Shown in pieces: positions 43,435 to 58,091 of a stretch of 64,000 bases of DNA. This DNA is from the human T2T-CHM13v2.0 reference genome, Homo sapiens. The position numbers were made by a program, and so were the translations under genes. The notes beneath the pieces were generated by a model. The model searched no databases. It was not told where the DNA came from and saw only the letters and a program-made list of their open reading frames with translations. The stretch lies in assembly GCF_009914755.1 (NCBI RefSeq), contig NC_060940.1; one strand, 5' to 3'. Each line of letters opens with the position of its first letter. Position 1 is the stretch's first letter.

Positions 43435-44546
43435 ACTTCCATGGCCTGTAGAGGCCCAGTGCTCTGTCTGACTCCCAGCCCATCAACTGAACAGGCCTGA
43501 TGCAGCCCAGTTGTCATTTCAGCATCGAGGACTTCCTTTCTACTCGCAGACTAAAAGAATCAGAAATAGATGTGGCTGCTTTAAAATGCACATCTGCATT
43601 CCTGGGCTGCCTCTCCTCAAAGCCGAGAGTCTCAAGTCTGATTTGAAATTAAACACCACCAGGTCTTTGCTCTAGGTAGACGTGGGCTGGTGGGCTGCCA
43701 TCCTCGCCCAGAGGCACACCACGCCCCATCCTCATCCTCCTCTCCCTGTGCTGATGGCATTCAGGCTTCTTCTGCCTGCAGGTAGATGGTGAATCTCTGC
43801 CCTGAATCATGGATTTTGTGTGTCAGGTTCCTGGAGAGAGGCCTGGAAGAGTGACAAGGAAATGGAACCGCTGAAATCAAGTTTAGACTTGTTAGAGGGA
43901 ACAGTGTTTAAAAGGCGCCTCAAACATGTTAACTGCAGCTGTTCTCAGCACCGAGAGAATGGCGATGATTTTCCTAGTGAGATGCAGGAGATCATCATAT
44001 GAGAAGTAGTTAAGCAATAATTTAACATTGTTGTTCCCTCCTAAGCTGATGCGAGCTGCTTCTGGCAGGAGGGTTTGGGGAATTTTGTTCTCTCTGTGGG
44101 AAATCACAAAGCCCTTGGATTTGATTTCCATTTAAATCCCTGAGTGTTTGGTTATCTGCCTTAGTTCCCTCATTCATTTGTAGGCAAGCATGTATTAAGC
44201 ACCTACTGCATGCCTGGCACTGTGTCATTTCAGTCCCTAAGTGCATGCTGCAGGTGTTCATTCATGTATTCATTCATTTATCCATTTTTAAACTTATTAA
44301 ACATTTTTCAAGGCAAGTGTATGTCTGGCTCTGCTCTAGGTGCTGGGGATATTTAATAATAGAAAATAATGAGGTCCATGCTCTTCCTTCAAAGAATGGA
44401 TTTCTCATCGGAGGAAATGTACCTCTAAGCAAGTAATCAAAAGGCAATGGGTTAGTCCCATAATAATAACAAGGTGGGACTCCATTGACTGAACAGCTAC
44501 TGTGTACCAATCGCTTTGACCACATTACTATTTTTGTTTTTATTTT

Positions 44547-44856
<310 letters not shown>

Positions 44857-45358
44857 TATTATTTTTATTTTTATCTTTCATTATAGGTTCAGGGGTACAT
44901 GTGCAGGTTTATTATATAAGTAAACTCACGTCTCAGGGGTTTGTTTTACAGATTATTTCATCGCCAAGGTACTAAGCCTCGGACCCAATAGTTATTTATT
45001 CTGATCCTCTAACTCCTCCTACCCTTCACCCTTAAGTAGGCTCCAGTGTGTGCTGTTCCCTTCTGTGTATCCATATGTTCTCATTATTTAGCTCCTACTT
45101 ATGAGGATATGAGGTATTTGGTTTTCTGTTCCAGCATTAGTTTGCCAAGGATAATGGCCTCCAGCTCCATGCATGTTCCAACAAAGGACATGATCTCGTT
45201 CTTTCTTATGGCTGCATAGTATTCCATGGATACATGGAACATTCCATATATGTTCCACATTTTCTTTGTCTACTCTGCCATTGATGGGCATTTAGGTCGA
45301 TTTCATGTCTTTGTTACTGCACATCTGTGTTCACTGCAGCACTATTCACAATAGCAAA
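44857..45358 (-). mobile_element. Older L1PA 3' fragment with short 5' inversion (sense piece ~45318-45358)
   Basis: CAGGGGTACATGTGCAGGTT antisense 3' end; TSD CACATTACTATTTTT 44521-44535 / CACATTATTATTTTT 45359-45373. Confidence 0.87.
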
Positions 45359-47057
45359 CACATTATTATTTTTAACACATTATACCCAAGCCATTCCTTG
45401 AAGCAAGGTAGCCATGTTATAGATGAAAAAACAGAGGTCCGGAGAGGTAAAATAACTTGCTCCAAACTACGCAGTTAGTAAGTACAGGGATTAAGTTCAG
45501 AATATAGATGCATCCTTCTCTAAAGCCTGAACGCTTTCCACTCTGCCACGTTGCTGCTGGCACCAATGAGAGAACACAAAGAGGAACAAGGAGAGAAGTA
45601 TGCAGCAAGCTCCAACAAGCGCACCTGAGTTGGGTTCTGGAGGTTGAATTTCAGAATTTTCCTATCAGAAAAGTCAGAAGAGTTTCCCTAGAGGGGAGAA
45701 CATCATCTCTTGAAAGAGTGACATTATTTGGGAAACTGAGGGAGGTGAATGAGAAGCTTTGGAAGAAGCAATATGGAACCCAATTCCTGGGCTGCCTGGA
45801 TGGTCTAGTGATGGTTTGTTTTGCTGGAACAAAGGGATGGCTCCTTCTGAGACTAAAGCTTAGTGTTTTGGAGTACCAGGGACTTTGCCCATCACCTACC
45901 TTGAGGTCTAACGTGTTCACAAAGGACAGTTTACCATGAGGGTTATTATGTTTTTTTTCCACCAACCTGACTTAGAAATCTCAAACTTAGAAACTCAGCC
46001 CACATATCAGAGCAAAACTGCCGGCAAGAAATGATGCATGCTGCATTTTAAAATCTGGTTGTTGTGGCTGATTATATATGCTGTTCTAAAAAGCCCTGGA
46101 ATAAAGTCTCCCATCCCACAAGGGTAAAGAATGGTCCCCAAAGTAATTGGCATTACATTATTGATAAATGTGTTTGGCCACGTGAGAGCAATAGCATCTG
46201 TCTTCATCCCTGACATCTGATAAATTCACGAAGCTCCTGCGTTCACCTTGGACATGCGTGTAAGTCTAGTGGCAAAGATTCCTTCACTAACTAGCAACTT
46301 CAAAATGTGCTGTGTCCAAGGGAAAAAGGAAGGGGGAAAAATAAGCAGTGTGTCACTTTTGAAATGTTTGTCCTGAATGAAATAAAAAAAAGGATATTAC
46401 TGTTCTCTTGTCTTTTCTCTGCCTTCTTAGAATCGGATTAGTCATTATTAAACATTTTGAAGTGGAATAAAAAGAGGGAGAAGATTCCAAGGGCACATTG
46501 CGACTTTGATCTTAACAGAACTATCATTGTCAGGAGCCAACACAAAGGCGGTTTCCCTTACACGTTGAGATCCTAGTAATTAGGGCCTTGTAATGACCCA
46601 TTCCAAAAAGAAACAGCTCTGTTCCTTATTTGCCGTTAAGAACACCAAGAGTTTATTTGCAGAGAATTGGGTTTAATTCAATTAGCAGGAATTGTGAGGC
46701 ATTCATAACACAAGGTATATTAGCCCAGCACTTGGTTTGTAATGAGAACCAAAAAGCATTTAGGGAAAGGAAAGCTAATTACCCGAGATTCTTTTTTTTT
46801 TTTTTTTTCTGTAACACGGAGGGTTTAGTCCAAATTTCAGAGGCCTGTATTCCCAAATCCCTTAAGCTTTAATTAATGATGAAGCAGGGTAACAGGAGAT
46901 GTAGGACAGCAAAATTTTGCCATGGAGTCATTGCCAAGGGGGTATTACTCATAACTCCACCCTCAGCCAGCACTTCAAAGTTTACAAAGCATTTCCACCA
47001 CCGTTATCTGTTCTGAATATTCATTTCCTCCTTCTTCTGGACCAATTACCCAGCACT

Positions 47058-47207
47058 GGGAATATTCCTCTCCAGCCTGTCTTGAGTTTCAGATCTCAGC
47101 TTGCTTCTCCAAGGAGGTCCACATCCAGCCCAGGGAATATTGGTCTCCAGCCTTTCTTGAGTTTCAGATCTCAGTTTATTTCTACAAGAAAGTCCTCATC
47201 CAACCCA
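47058..47207. repeat. 75-bp tandem duplication (2 copies)
   Basis: GGGAATATT..TCTCCAGCCT.TCTTGAGTTTCAGATCTCAG repeated with period 75. Confidence 0.92.
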
Positions 47208-47352
47208 GCTGTTTGCTTCTGGAGATGTGAGCAGGAAATTGACGAGTGTGAATCCCCACTCTTACCTGCACCTTGGTCCAGGTTGATGACCCGGGGCAGG
47301 TGGCCGAGCTTCTTCAAATTTCACTGTGCTTTTCTTTGTTATTCCCCATAAC

Positions 47353-47555
47353 TGTGCTGTCCCATTTGGAAGCCACTGCCAAATGTGGTTACTTAAATGT
47401 AAATTAATTAAGATGAAACTTAAAATCCAGTTCTCAATAACACTGGATACATTTATAGGGTTCAGTGGCCACACGTGGCTAGTGGTGACTCTTATTGGAT
47501 GGCACAGATAGAGCCCACTTTCAGCATCGCAGAGAGGTCCCTCAGACAGCAGTGG
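47353..47555. mobile_element. MER3 (hAT-Charlie)
   Basis: AAATTAATTAAGATGAAA..GGCCACACGTGGCTAGTGG..CAGCATCGCAGA..GACAGCAGTG. Confidence 0.8.
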
Positions 47556-47576
47556 TCTATAAAATGGGGGACCTCA

Positions 47577-47930
<354 letters not shown>

Positions 47931-49715
47931 TTAGTGAATTTAGTAAGAAAATGCACAGGAAGCTGGTGACTCATGGTGGAGGCCCAGTAGTAGCATCTTT
48001 GATGAAAGAAGAGAGTGGAGAAAAGGAGGAAGAGAAGAGGGCACCCCCCTCTTAAAGTCCATTCTTAACACAGTGGGAAAGAATAATGGGGAAAGGTGTA
48101 GGGAAAGGAAGGTAACTTCTATTACAGCATGTTTTATGGGCTTTATTATCTCTGTGTCTCTGTGTGATTATTCGACAAGTGTTCACTGAGTGTGCCAACC
48201 ATCTCATCTATTCCTCACAACCCCCCAAGGAGGAAGATTTTCTTCCCCCAACTGGGTAGATGGAGGAATGGAGGCTCAGGTGGGTGACCAGGTGTACCTG
48301 TGGGTGCACAGCCAGTGAGCTGTGGAGCTGAGACCCAACCCTGTCCCAAGGAACAGCAAGACCCTGCTTCTCTCCACCACACTCAGCTGTCTTCATCAAC
48401 ACAGACTTCCAGCTGCTTCTTATTATTTTAAGGGCTGAGCGCCATTGCTCAGGTAGCCAAGAATGCTCCACTTCACAGTCTTTGCATGATGGGTGGATGT
48501 GAAGGACCACATAGGTCACTGAAAAGGCTCCAGGAAGCCCCTCAAATGCTTGCTTCACTGGGGACTTGGGATTACCTTCAGAGCAGCTGCGGAGAAGGAC
48601 ACATTTTGCAAACAGCCCAGCCGTGCACATAAACCGCATTATTAGCCTATAAATCAATTAGTGCATTTGGGTCCAGGCTGCACAGTGCTGCTCTGACAGA
48701 TGGCCATCAGTCTGTCTCCATCTCCTTAGCTAGATCCCAAGAGGAGGGGAGAGAAGAAAGAGCTTCCAGGAAGGTGTTGAACCCACTAGCTCTCTTGTAG
48801 CAGGGAATAGGGAATTCCGAAGTGGCTGTGCAAGGGCCAGGCTGTTCTCTGGAAGTCATTTGAAGAATGAAATTGAATTTGGTGACTCCAGGAACTTGGT
48901 TGGAGTGAGAAATACATGACTCTCAGGTAGGAAACACATGAGCATTTTGGAGAAGACGCTGCAGTTGGTAGAAGTAGGGGGAAGGACACATAGTTGGGAA
49001 CATGCAGGACTTGGATTCCATTTCCAGCTTTGCATGACCTTGGGCAAGCCATAAGAACTTCTTGGCCTCAGTTTCCTTATCTGAAAAAAAAAATGGGGGT
49101 GGGGGGGGAATCTTAAAATAGATCCTGATTGCATCAAAGGATTAAAATGTGTGCACAGATGTTACAGGAGAGAGATCTTTTTCCAGATAGATTATAGGAA
49201 CTTCAGTGCCATTTGCAAAGAAAAACGAGGTGGACATTAGTTTTCAGGGTCTTACCAAAGGCTGAGTTTTTATTAGAGGTATGTCACGGTGTTGCATTAG
49301 AACTGGAGAGCAACATGGTTATGAATTGAACAACGTTTATTCCTTCATTAGTTTGTTCTTTCTGGAGACTTTTAGTGAAGCTATATGGCCCTCCGGAGGC
49401 TGACTGGCTTAGCTTCTGATTCCAGCACCAAGCCTTCCAGTTGTGTGGTCTGGACTGGTGTTCCACAGCCTCACTCTCTCGGTCCGTGCAACAAACATTA
49501 TAGCCACCTCTTAGGGTCGTCATGGAAGTCAATGAAATGAAGACTGTAGGGTGTTTCGCCCCATGCTCTGTTCAGAATCAACACCCAGACTATGTTAGTC
49601 ATTAGCATTGCCAACAGATTGTCTGTAATTGTCCAGGACTCTAGGGATACAGGAATAAATAAGGCATTGTCTGGTCTTTGAGGAGCTCTAGTGCCATGGC
49701 TCTGACATCATCTGG

Positions 49716-50141
49716 TGTAGTGTAAACACCCCCAGTAGTGATAATTTAAGCATACCCTGAGAATTATCCTGCATGGCAGATGCACCTGAATGTGTGTCCG
49801 GAGCTCTGGCCAACCCAGAGATTTGTTCCTTGTCTGTGAGGAACATCTGTGCTAAGTGAAAATGGCATACAAACTGCATGCAGTTTGCAAGCAGGTTGCA
49901 GTTTGTTTTGTCCAGCCTGACACCACTAGACTATATATAAGGTGGATATCTTATCCAGCCCACCACCACTGGACCATTTCTGTACATAAGGTGGTTCTCC
50001 TGTGCAGCCCACCACCAGTGGACTCTATCCCCTATATGGAAACCCCTAACAAAAACCGATGTCTTGTTTTCTGGCTCTGGATCTCTGGTCTCTTGAACCG
50101 GGTGCCTTCCCCACTGAGGTTAACAGGGGTTCAGCACAACA
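49716..50141 (+). mobile_element. ERVL solo LTR (LTR47-like)
   Basis: TG...CA termini; perfect 5-bp TSD TCTGG (49711-49715 / 50142-50146); AAGCATACCCTGAGAAT..GGCAGATGCACCTGAATG motif. Confidence 0.8.
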
Positions 50142-50409
50142 TCTGGAATCAGAAAACCATCTGAAAAATAAACACACAAATATGATTCCAGGTCAGGAAC
50201 TGCTAAAACTCCATGGACTCCAGGTTAAGAGACTGGCCTAGTTTGGAACTATGGGTAAAACAAAGTTTATACCCAGCACAATCATCCTAATTGTAACGGA
50301 TGAGTAGTGATTGCTCTCAGAATAGGTAATGAGGGCAAGGAAGTCTTCCTACAGCAGGTGATGTCAGTTAAAAACAAGAGCATAAACAGCTTATTAAATA
50401 AGCAGGGTG

Positions 50410-50907
<498 letters not shown>

Positions 50908-53900
50908 TCATGGCCTTCAAGCAAATGCATTAACTCATATTTCTAATTTTATTTTCCTGCATGGAAGGGTTCTTGACTTTAAGGACGATGGAGTGCCCTG
51001 ATTTTAGCAGTCATGTGGATTTGGGAAATGGCAGTAACAAGTGTCACCAGGTATTGGGTCCAAACAGGAGACTTGAGGTTACTGAAATCACCATGAGGCC
51101 CTGCTTGCTCAAGGTGTAGGAAAGGGAGGGGGATGTGTCTGGGGCACTGATGCATTTGCTACAATCCTCTGCTACAGAAACTCATTCCCAGGCATCCAGT
51201 TTCTCCCAGGGGTCATATCCTAGCTGGATACCCAGTATCCACTCTAGGGTCCTTCTCTGATTCCATGGCCCCTCTGATTTCCATCCCACATGGTTCTCAA
51301 GTCTTGGTTTTTCTGACTGTAAGCCGCAGTCACCAGTGCTCAGAGTCAGGAAATCTGGAAGTGCCGACTGCTCACGGAGGCTGCTCTCCTGTTGCGTGGC
51401 CCCCTCACTCCGAGGCATCGGCAAGTATTTGTTCTGATAATTATTTATTAGCATCTCGCCGATGTACAGCTTCCCTGCAGCTCCTGTATGATCTTGAGTG
51501 TGCAGCGTCTCTCTTCCCACGTCTTTGGAATTTTGAGTTGTGCTGTCATTTGTTCCCAAGAAGTATTCTTTTCCCAAGAGGCATTCTGTTCCCCTCCAAA
51601 AGCATGTTTTCAGCTACTCCCAGTGTAGCCCAGCAGCTCCCTGCTCCTAACTCAAAGGGAATGTTATATTTCGGATTTGTTTTCCTTTGCGGATCATCTG
51701 CTCACAGATGTTTGTCCTTTGGCTTGTTTCTCCTTCTAATTAATTTTTGATTAAGTTTTGAAACACCTTCTGTCTCCACCAGTTTCAGCCACCCCAGGTG
51801 ATTCTGTTTACTCTGAACCCAGGCTGGGAGTCTGGGTTCTCGGAGACTCAGCAATTCAGTGGCTAAGAGGGAAAGGAACTTCCAATTAACTGGTTAATTG
51901 ATGTTATCCGTTTTATCCAGAGGGATAAGCGGAGGGGATGCTGCTTGGCCGAAGCATGAGGGAGGGAGAAAAGTGAGTGAGTCTGAAATCTCCTGGAGTA
52001 ATGAGCGGAGTGAGAGAAAGGGAAAAGGTAAGATAAGTGACCTTCCAGAAAGAAAATGGAGCTGATATTGTGGCACTTAGTAAGAACATATGTGTGCAGA
52101 CACATGTCCTTCGAACCAGTAACTCCATTCTTTGGAATTATTTAGAGGAAGAAGAAATAAAATATTAAGCACTAGTATCCTGTGTGTCATGAACTGTGCT
52201 AGGTTCTCTAACAAAGTAGCACTAGTAGTCACCATCATTGCAGTAGTAGTGGCAGTAACAGCAGCAGAATTAATGATAACAGTAACGATGCATTATGACA
52301 GCAGACACCTCTGCATGTTTACTCCCAGAACTATTTTCGGTGTCTTATGTGCATGATCACATTTACTCCCTAAAGACTCCATGTGATCCTCAGTGAACAG
52401 ATGAGGAAACTGAGGCTCAGAGAACTGGAGCATTGCCTCGGTTTGCACAGAGAGTCAGTGACAGAGGTGAAAGAACCCACAAGGGCGACTCCAGAGCCTG
52501 ATGTCTCATTTCCTTCACTTGCCATCTCGAAAGGGCCCCGGGCCAGGTGTGAGCAGTTCACATTTGACCTTGCAGGCAGGGAGACAGGCAGCTCAGCGTG
52601 GGAGAAGTGATGAAGGACGGCTTTTTAAAGGCTGGGACAGCAGGTGCGCAGCCTGGCTGGAGATGGCATCGGGCATATCCTGCTGCGTTCCCGGAGGCTC
52701 ATGCATCCTCTGAGCTAAGCCGAGCTGTGGCCACCTGGAAACTTGCCTTGTTGATTCCAGCCTCCCTGTGGGAGTGCACCCCCCAAACGCACTTCCCCAA
52801 TTCCCAGGCCTGCTTTATTTCTCCCTTTGGTACACTGTGCTGTGGACTTACCCTCACAATCAGCCCAAAATTCTGGGTTGTGAAGCCAGACTCTATGACG
52901 GTAGTAACTCTCCCGCTAGTTATTATCATGGTTGTACCTTGTATTCCACACAGAGCAGGAAGGATATCAGTGTGCATTCAGCTTGGTGTTACTGATCACG
53001 TCCTATCTGGAGACAAGATGCTCTGCCCAGTGTGCAGTGGGTGCTTTTCGTTTATCCTGCAAAGGCCACACTGGAGGTTCATTTCACCGTCATCTTGCAT
53101 TTTGTCTGAAGACCTTTTCCCTAGACCGCCTCTCTCTGCATCCCTCCTCCTTAATTTTCCTCTGTGTGTTTTCCAAGGCATTCTCTGCACTGCCAGGGAC
53201 GGCCTAAGATTTACCAGCCCTGCCGAAGAAGATGAAATGCTCAGGGGTCACTGGGCAGGACGAGGTAATAAGAAAAGCAAACGGTCAACAGCAGGCCCAG
53301 CCCAGCTGAAGCAATTACCAAGTTTCTTCTCAATTTTGAGATTGCAATGGGGAGAGCAGAGATGGCTATGGCGAAACATAAATTATGTCATCTCTGTGCT
53401 ATCAAAGGTTCTGAGCATTCCTTCCTGCTGTCCTTTTCATTTTGGCTCCGTAAATACTGTGTCCTTTTAAAAAGAGTCATTGTTCATGTCCGTTCAAAGG
53501 TGACAGGAAAACCGCAAGTTTAGCGTTCTGTGGGTGAGTGTCTTAAAGGAACTGTCTGTTGCTGAGTCAGTGGGTGAGTAAAGGAAGGACGATGTCTTGG
53601 CCAGGTGTAGAGAGTTTCTGAACCCTACAACATTGGCTGGAGAGCAGAGGCTCCATCATTAGAGGCACCCGAATTAAAAGCTCCAGCCCACCACTTACGA
53701 GCCATATGAGTTAGGGCTGTTTCCCTTCTCTGTTTTTAAAATCGGGGACAATGAGAGGATCTACATCATGGGGTGTGATAAGGATCAATTGGCATTATAT
53801 GTTAAAAGTACTGAGAACAGCCTGCAGAGTGATCAGAATGATCCTTAGTAAAAGTTAACCGGGTTTTTCCCCCTCTTATTATTCATAATATTGCAGGGAA

Positions 53901-54413
53901 AGCTTCCTTATCTTCCAAGATCGTGCCTTCAAGTTCATGCCTCCTAGCCTTTGCCCATGCTGTCTCCTCTGCCTCAAATGCCCTCCCTCCCTGCCTTAGG
54001 TCGAGTTCTCCAGAGCTGAGATGTGGCTTTTGAAGCAGTGAGGATTGCAGGCGTGCTCACAGGAAGGGCCTGTCTAGAGGTGAGGGAAGGAACATGAGGC
54101 AGCAAAGATGTGGTTTAGTTGAAGTTGAGCCCCAGCCGGATGCTATGGGAGGCTCTGAATGTGGATAGCTCCAGGGAGCTTGCACACCCTGAAGCATGCA
54201 AAGTGCACTTTTATACCATCGTCTCAGCCAGCCATGGACTGCAGGCTGGCTCCGGATGGAGGTCAATGCATAACTGTTGTGGCACCTTTGGGCAAGGCAC
54301 GATTCTGCAGAAAAGATGGCAGCTGAGAGTCCTGATCAACCAATGCTTGATGCAGCTTGGCTAGGGGTGGAGGGGGGTGATTAATATACTGGATTTGTAA
54401 AAGGGGTTATGCA

Positions 54414-54573
54414 GTTGGGTATGGTGGCTCATACCCATAATCCCAGCACTTTGGGAGGCTGAGGCGGGAGGATCACTTGAGCCCAGGAGTTTGAGGCTGC
54501 AGTGAGTTATGATTGTACCACTGCTCTCCAGCCTGGGTGACAGAGCAAAACTCCATCTCTAAGGGGAAAAAAA
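54414..54573 (+). mobile_element. FRAM/FLAM-type Alu monomer
   Basis: ~160-bp single-arm Alu. Confidence 0.85.
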
Positions 54574-55490
54574 AGGATTTGGGATATGGGTGGAGGATCA
54601 CCTTTCCCCTGCCAGCAGACTCTTACCCATCCTGCAAGACATTGCACTACTGCCCCTCCTCTAGGGCCCCTTTGCCTGTGCGTTACGCTCTGAGTTACTT
54701 CGTTCTCTCTGAGTGCAGAAGACTTTTCACTGCAGGTCCCTTGGTTACAACGCTCATTATACTGTAATAGAATTATATGTTTACAGATCAGACTAGCCCT
54801 AGGAAAAGAGACTATGGATATTGGAGTCATCTCTTGTGTAGAGAAAGGAGGCAGCCAGTAAGGGGGTGCAAGCTGAATAGGGGCAGAGCAAGGAGGGAGT
54901 GGGCTTCTTGGGGTGAAGGTTGGAGCCTCAGCCTTGCATTTCAATGCCAGGTAGCATTTGATATCCTGGAGTTGAACAGCTCCCGGGTCTTCCAGCCAGA
55001 CAACCCTCACCTCCTGAGAACGGCCAGGGGAAGTTATGGAAAGTCGGAAGAGATTGCACAGTTAAATCTCCCCAAAGAGAGTAGAAAACAAAGCAAAGCT
55101 TTGTGAGCGTGTTGGAGTCCTGCCCTGGGCACGGCCTGACCTGCCCCCATGTTCCCTGGGCTTGAGGAGCCAGGTCTGGTCTCAGCCTGAGTCGGACACA
55201 GGCCCCAGCCAGGTAATCTAATCGCTGGACCATCCAGCTGCACCTGAGGACACAGACCCTGACTTGGAGATCTCTCTTGACGGTTACATGCCTTTCTTTT
55301 TGTCTGTGGCAACAAGCATCCTTTCCTTGGATGAATGATGGTTTGAATGAGCCCTCAGAAAAGACAGCCCAGCTTGGCCTGGTCTAGCTTAACAGAGTTC
55401 AGGATGTGAAGTCCTGTAGACGAGGGAGGTGTGGGGGATAGAGAGGCAGGGTGGTACCCTAGCTAAGCCTGCTGCATTTCAAATTGTGGC

Positions 55491-55655
55491 TTTTCTTTTC
55501 TTTGAGACAGGGTCTCCCTCTGTCACCCAGGCTGGAGTATAGCGGTTCAATCATAACTCACTGCAGCCTTGAACTCCTGGCCTCAAGCAATTGTCCCCCT
55601 CCACCCGGCCTCCCAAAGTGCTGAAATTGCAGGCATGTGCCACTGCACCCAGCCA
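55491..55655 (-). mobile_element. FRAM/FLAM-type Alu monomer
   Basis: ~165-bp antisense single-arm Alu. Confidence 0.85.
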
Positions 55656-55750
55656 AATTCTGGCTTAAAATGGTATGATTATTTTGTGTTTTAATTACAA
55701 ACTAATCCCTTATTGACTATATTTGATCATATAATATCAGCTAAGTTTCT

Positions 55751-57879
55751 ATTTTTAATTTTTGCCAGCTTTATTGAGGCAGACTTGACAAAGAAGAACT
55801 GTATTCTTTAAGGTTAACAGTATGTTTTGATATGCACATGTATTGGGAAACGCTTACCACAATCAAGCTAATGATCATATCTGTCACCTCACATAGTTAT
55901 GATTTGAGTGTGCCTGGTGAGAACACGTAAGATCAACTTCTTCAGAAATATCAAGTATATAGTACAGTATTGTTCATTGTCATCACAAGACTGTGCATTA
56001 ATGAGATCCCCAGAACTTATCCTGCGTAACTGAAACTTTGTGTGTTTTGACCAACATCTCCCTATTTCTTCTCACCTCCGGTGCCTGGCAACCATCATTC
56101 TAGTCTCCGCTTTTGTGAGTTAAACTCTTTTAGATCTCATGTATTAGTGAAATCATGTAGTATTTGTCTTTGTGTCTCTGGCTTATTTCACTTAGCATAA
56201 TGTCCTCCAGCTTCCTCCATGTTGTTGCAAATGGTAGGATTTCCTTTAAGGCTGAATAATGGTGTTTATATGTTTATACCTATCTTACCCCCCCCACACA
56301 CAAGCACACATTCACACACACACACACACACACACACATGCACACCACATTTTCTTCGTTCATCTGTTAGTGGAGACCTAGGTTGTTTCCATACTTTGCT
56401 GTAGTGAGTAATGCTGCAGCGAACATGGGGGTGCACATATCTTTGAGATACTAATTTTATTTCCTTTGGATAGGTACTCAGAAGGATTGCTGGATCATAT
56501 GATAGTTCTAGTTTTTTTTTGGAACCTCCATACTGCTTTCCATAATGGCTCTATCAATTTACATTCCCACCCACAATGTAGAAAGGTACCCTTTTCTCCG
56601 TATCCTCACCAACACTTGCTATCTTTTGACTTTTTGGTAACCCAGCCTAACAAGTGTGAGGTGATACCTCATTGTGGTTTTGATTTGAATTGCCCCAATA
56701 ATTAGTCATATTGAGCACCTTTTCATAAGCCTGTTGCCCATTTGTACATCTTCTTTGGAAAAATGTCTGTTCAAATCCTTTGTTCGTTTTGTAATTGTAT
56801 GTGTGTTTTTTTCTGCTGTTGAGTTGTTTGAGTGCCTCATATATTTTGAATATTATCCCCTTATTAGATATATAGTTTAGAAGTATTTTCTCCCACTCCG
56901 TAGGTTGCTATTTTGTTCTGTTTGTTTCCTTTGCTGTGCAGAAGATTTTTAGTTTGATGAAAGCCTACTTGTTCATTTTTGCTTTTGTTATCTGTGTTTT
57001 TGGTGTTATATTAAAAAATTCACTACGCAGACCAATGTCAAGAAGGTTTTCCACTTTGTTTTCTTTTGGTAACCTTACGGTTCAAGTCTTATGTTTGAGT
57101 CTTTAATCCATTTTGAGTAGGTTATTGTATATAGTGTGAAATAAGGATTCAATTATATTCTTTTGCCTGTGGATATCCAGTTTTCCCCATACCATTTATT
57201 GAAGAGACTGTTCTTTCCACATTGTGTGTTCTTGGCATTCTTGCTGAAGATCAGTTGACTATAGATGGCTGAATTTATTTCTAGGCTCTCTATTCTGTTC
57301 CATTGGTCTTTATGTCTGTTTTTTGCTGCTACTATACTGTTTTGGTTACTGTTCCTTTGTACTGTATTTTGAAATCAGAACATATGTGATGCCTTCAACT
57401 TTGTTCTTCTTGCTCAAAATTATTATAGCTATTAGGGGATTTTTGTAGCTCTTTATGAATTTTAGGGTTGTTTTTTCTATTTCTTTGGAATTTCCTTGGA
57501 ATTTTGATAGGGATCATACTGACTGTAGATCACTTTGGGTTGTATGGATATTTTAACAATATTTATTAATCCTATCCGTGAATATCGGATGTCTTTGCAT
57601 TTATCTGTCTTAAGTTTCCTTCATCAATATTTTATTAATGTTTGTTAATGTTTAATGTACACGTCTTTCAACTCTTTGGTTAAGTTTATTCCTATGTATG
57701 TTATTCTTTTTTTTTTTTTTTTTTTTGCTATCGTCAATAAGATTACTTTCCTAATTTTCTTTCCAGTAGTTCATTCTTTGTGTATAGAAATGTAACTGAT
57801 TTTTGTATGTGGATTTTGTATCCTGCAAATTTACTGAATTTGTATATTATTTCTAAATTTTTTTCCAGGAGTCTTTATG

Positions 57880-57880
<1 letters not shown>
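55751..57880 (-). mobile_element. L1MA (MA8-10-type) 3' ~2.1 kb
   Basis: CAGCTTTATTGAGG terminus, then continuous antisense ORF2 3' homology (TTTACATTCCCACC, CCATTTATTGAAGAGACT). Confidence 0.9.
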
Positions 57881-57882
<2 letters not shown>

Positions 57883-57961
<79 letters not shown>

Positions 57962-58013
57962 TATGTATATATATATGTGTATATATATGTATATATATGT
58001 ATATATATATACA

Positions 58014-58057
<44 letters not shown>

Positions 58058-58090
58058 GGGAAAACTGTTATATTATATATATATATATAA
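57883..58090. repeat. Compound (CT)n(AT)n..(AC)n microsatellite
   Basis: Seen directly. Confidence 0.97.
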
Positions 58091-58091
58091 T

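Noticed and set aside
46401-46432. Strong-looking splice acceptor (polypyrimidine tract then TAG)
   Set aside because: No downstream open exon or donor that I could pair with it; cannot be supported without RNA data
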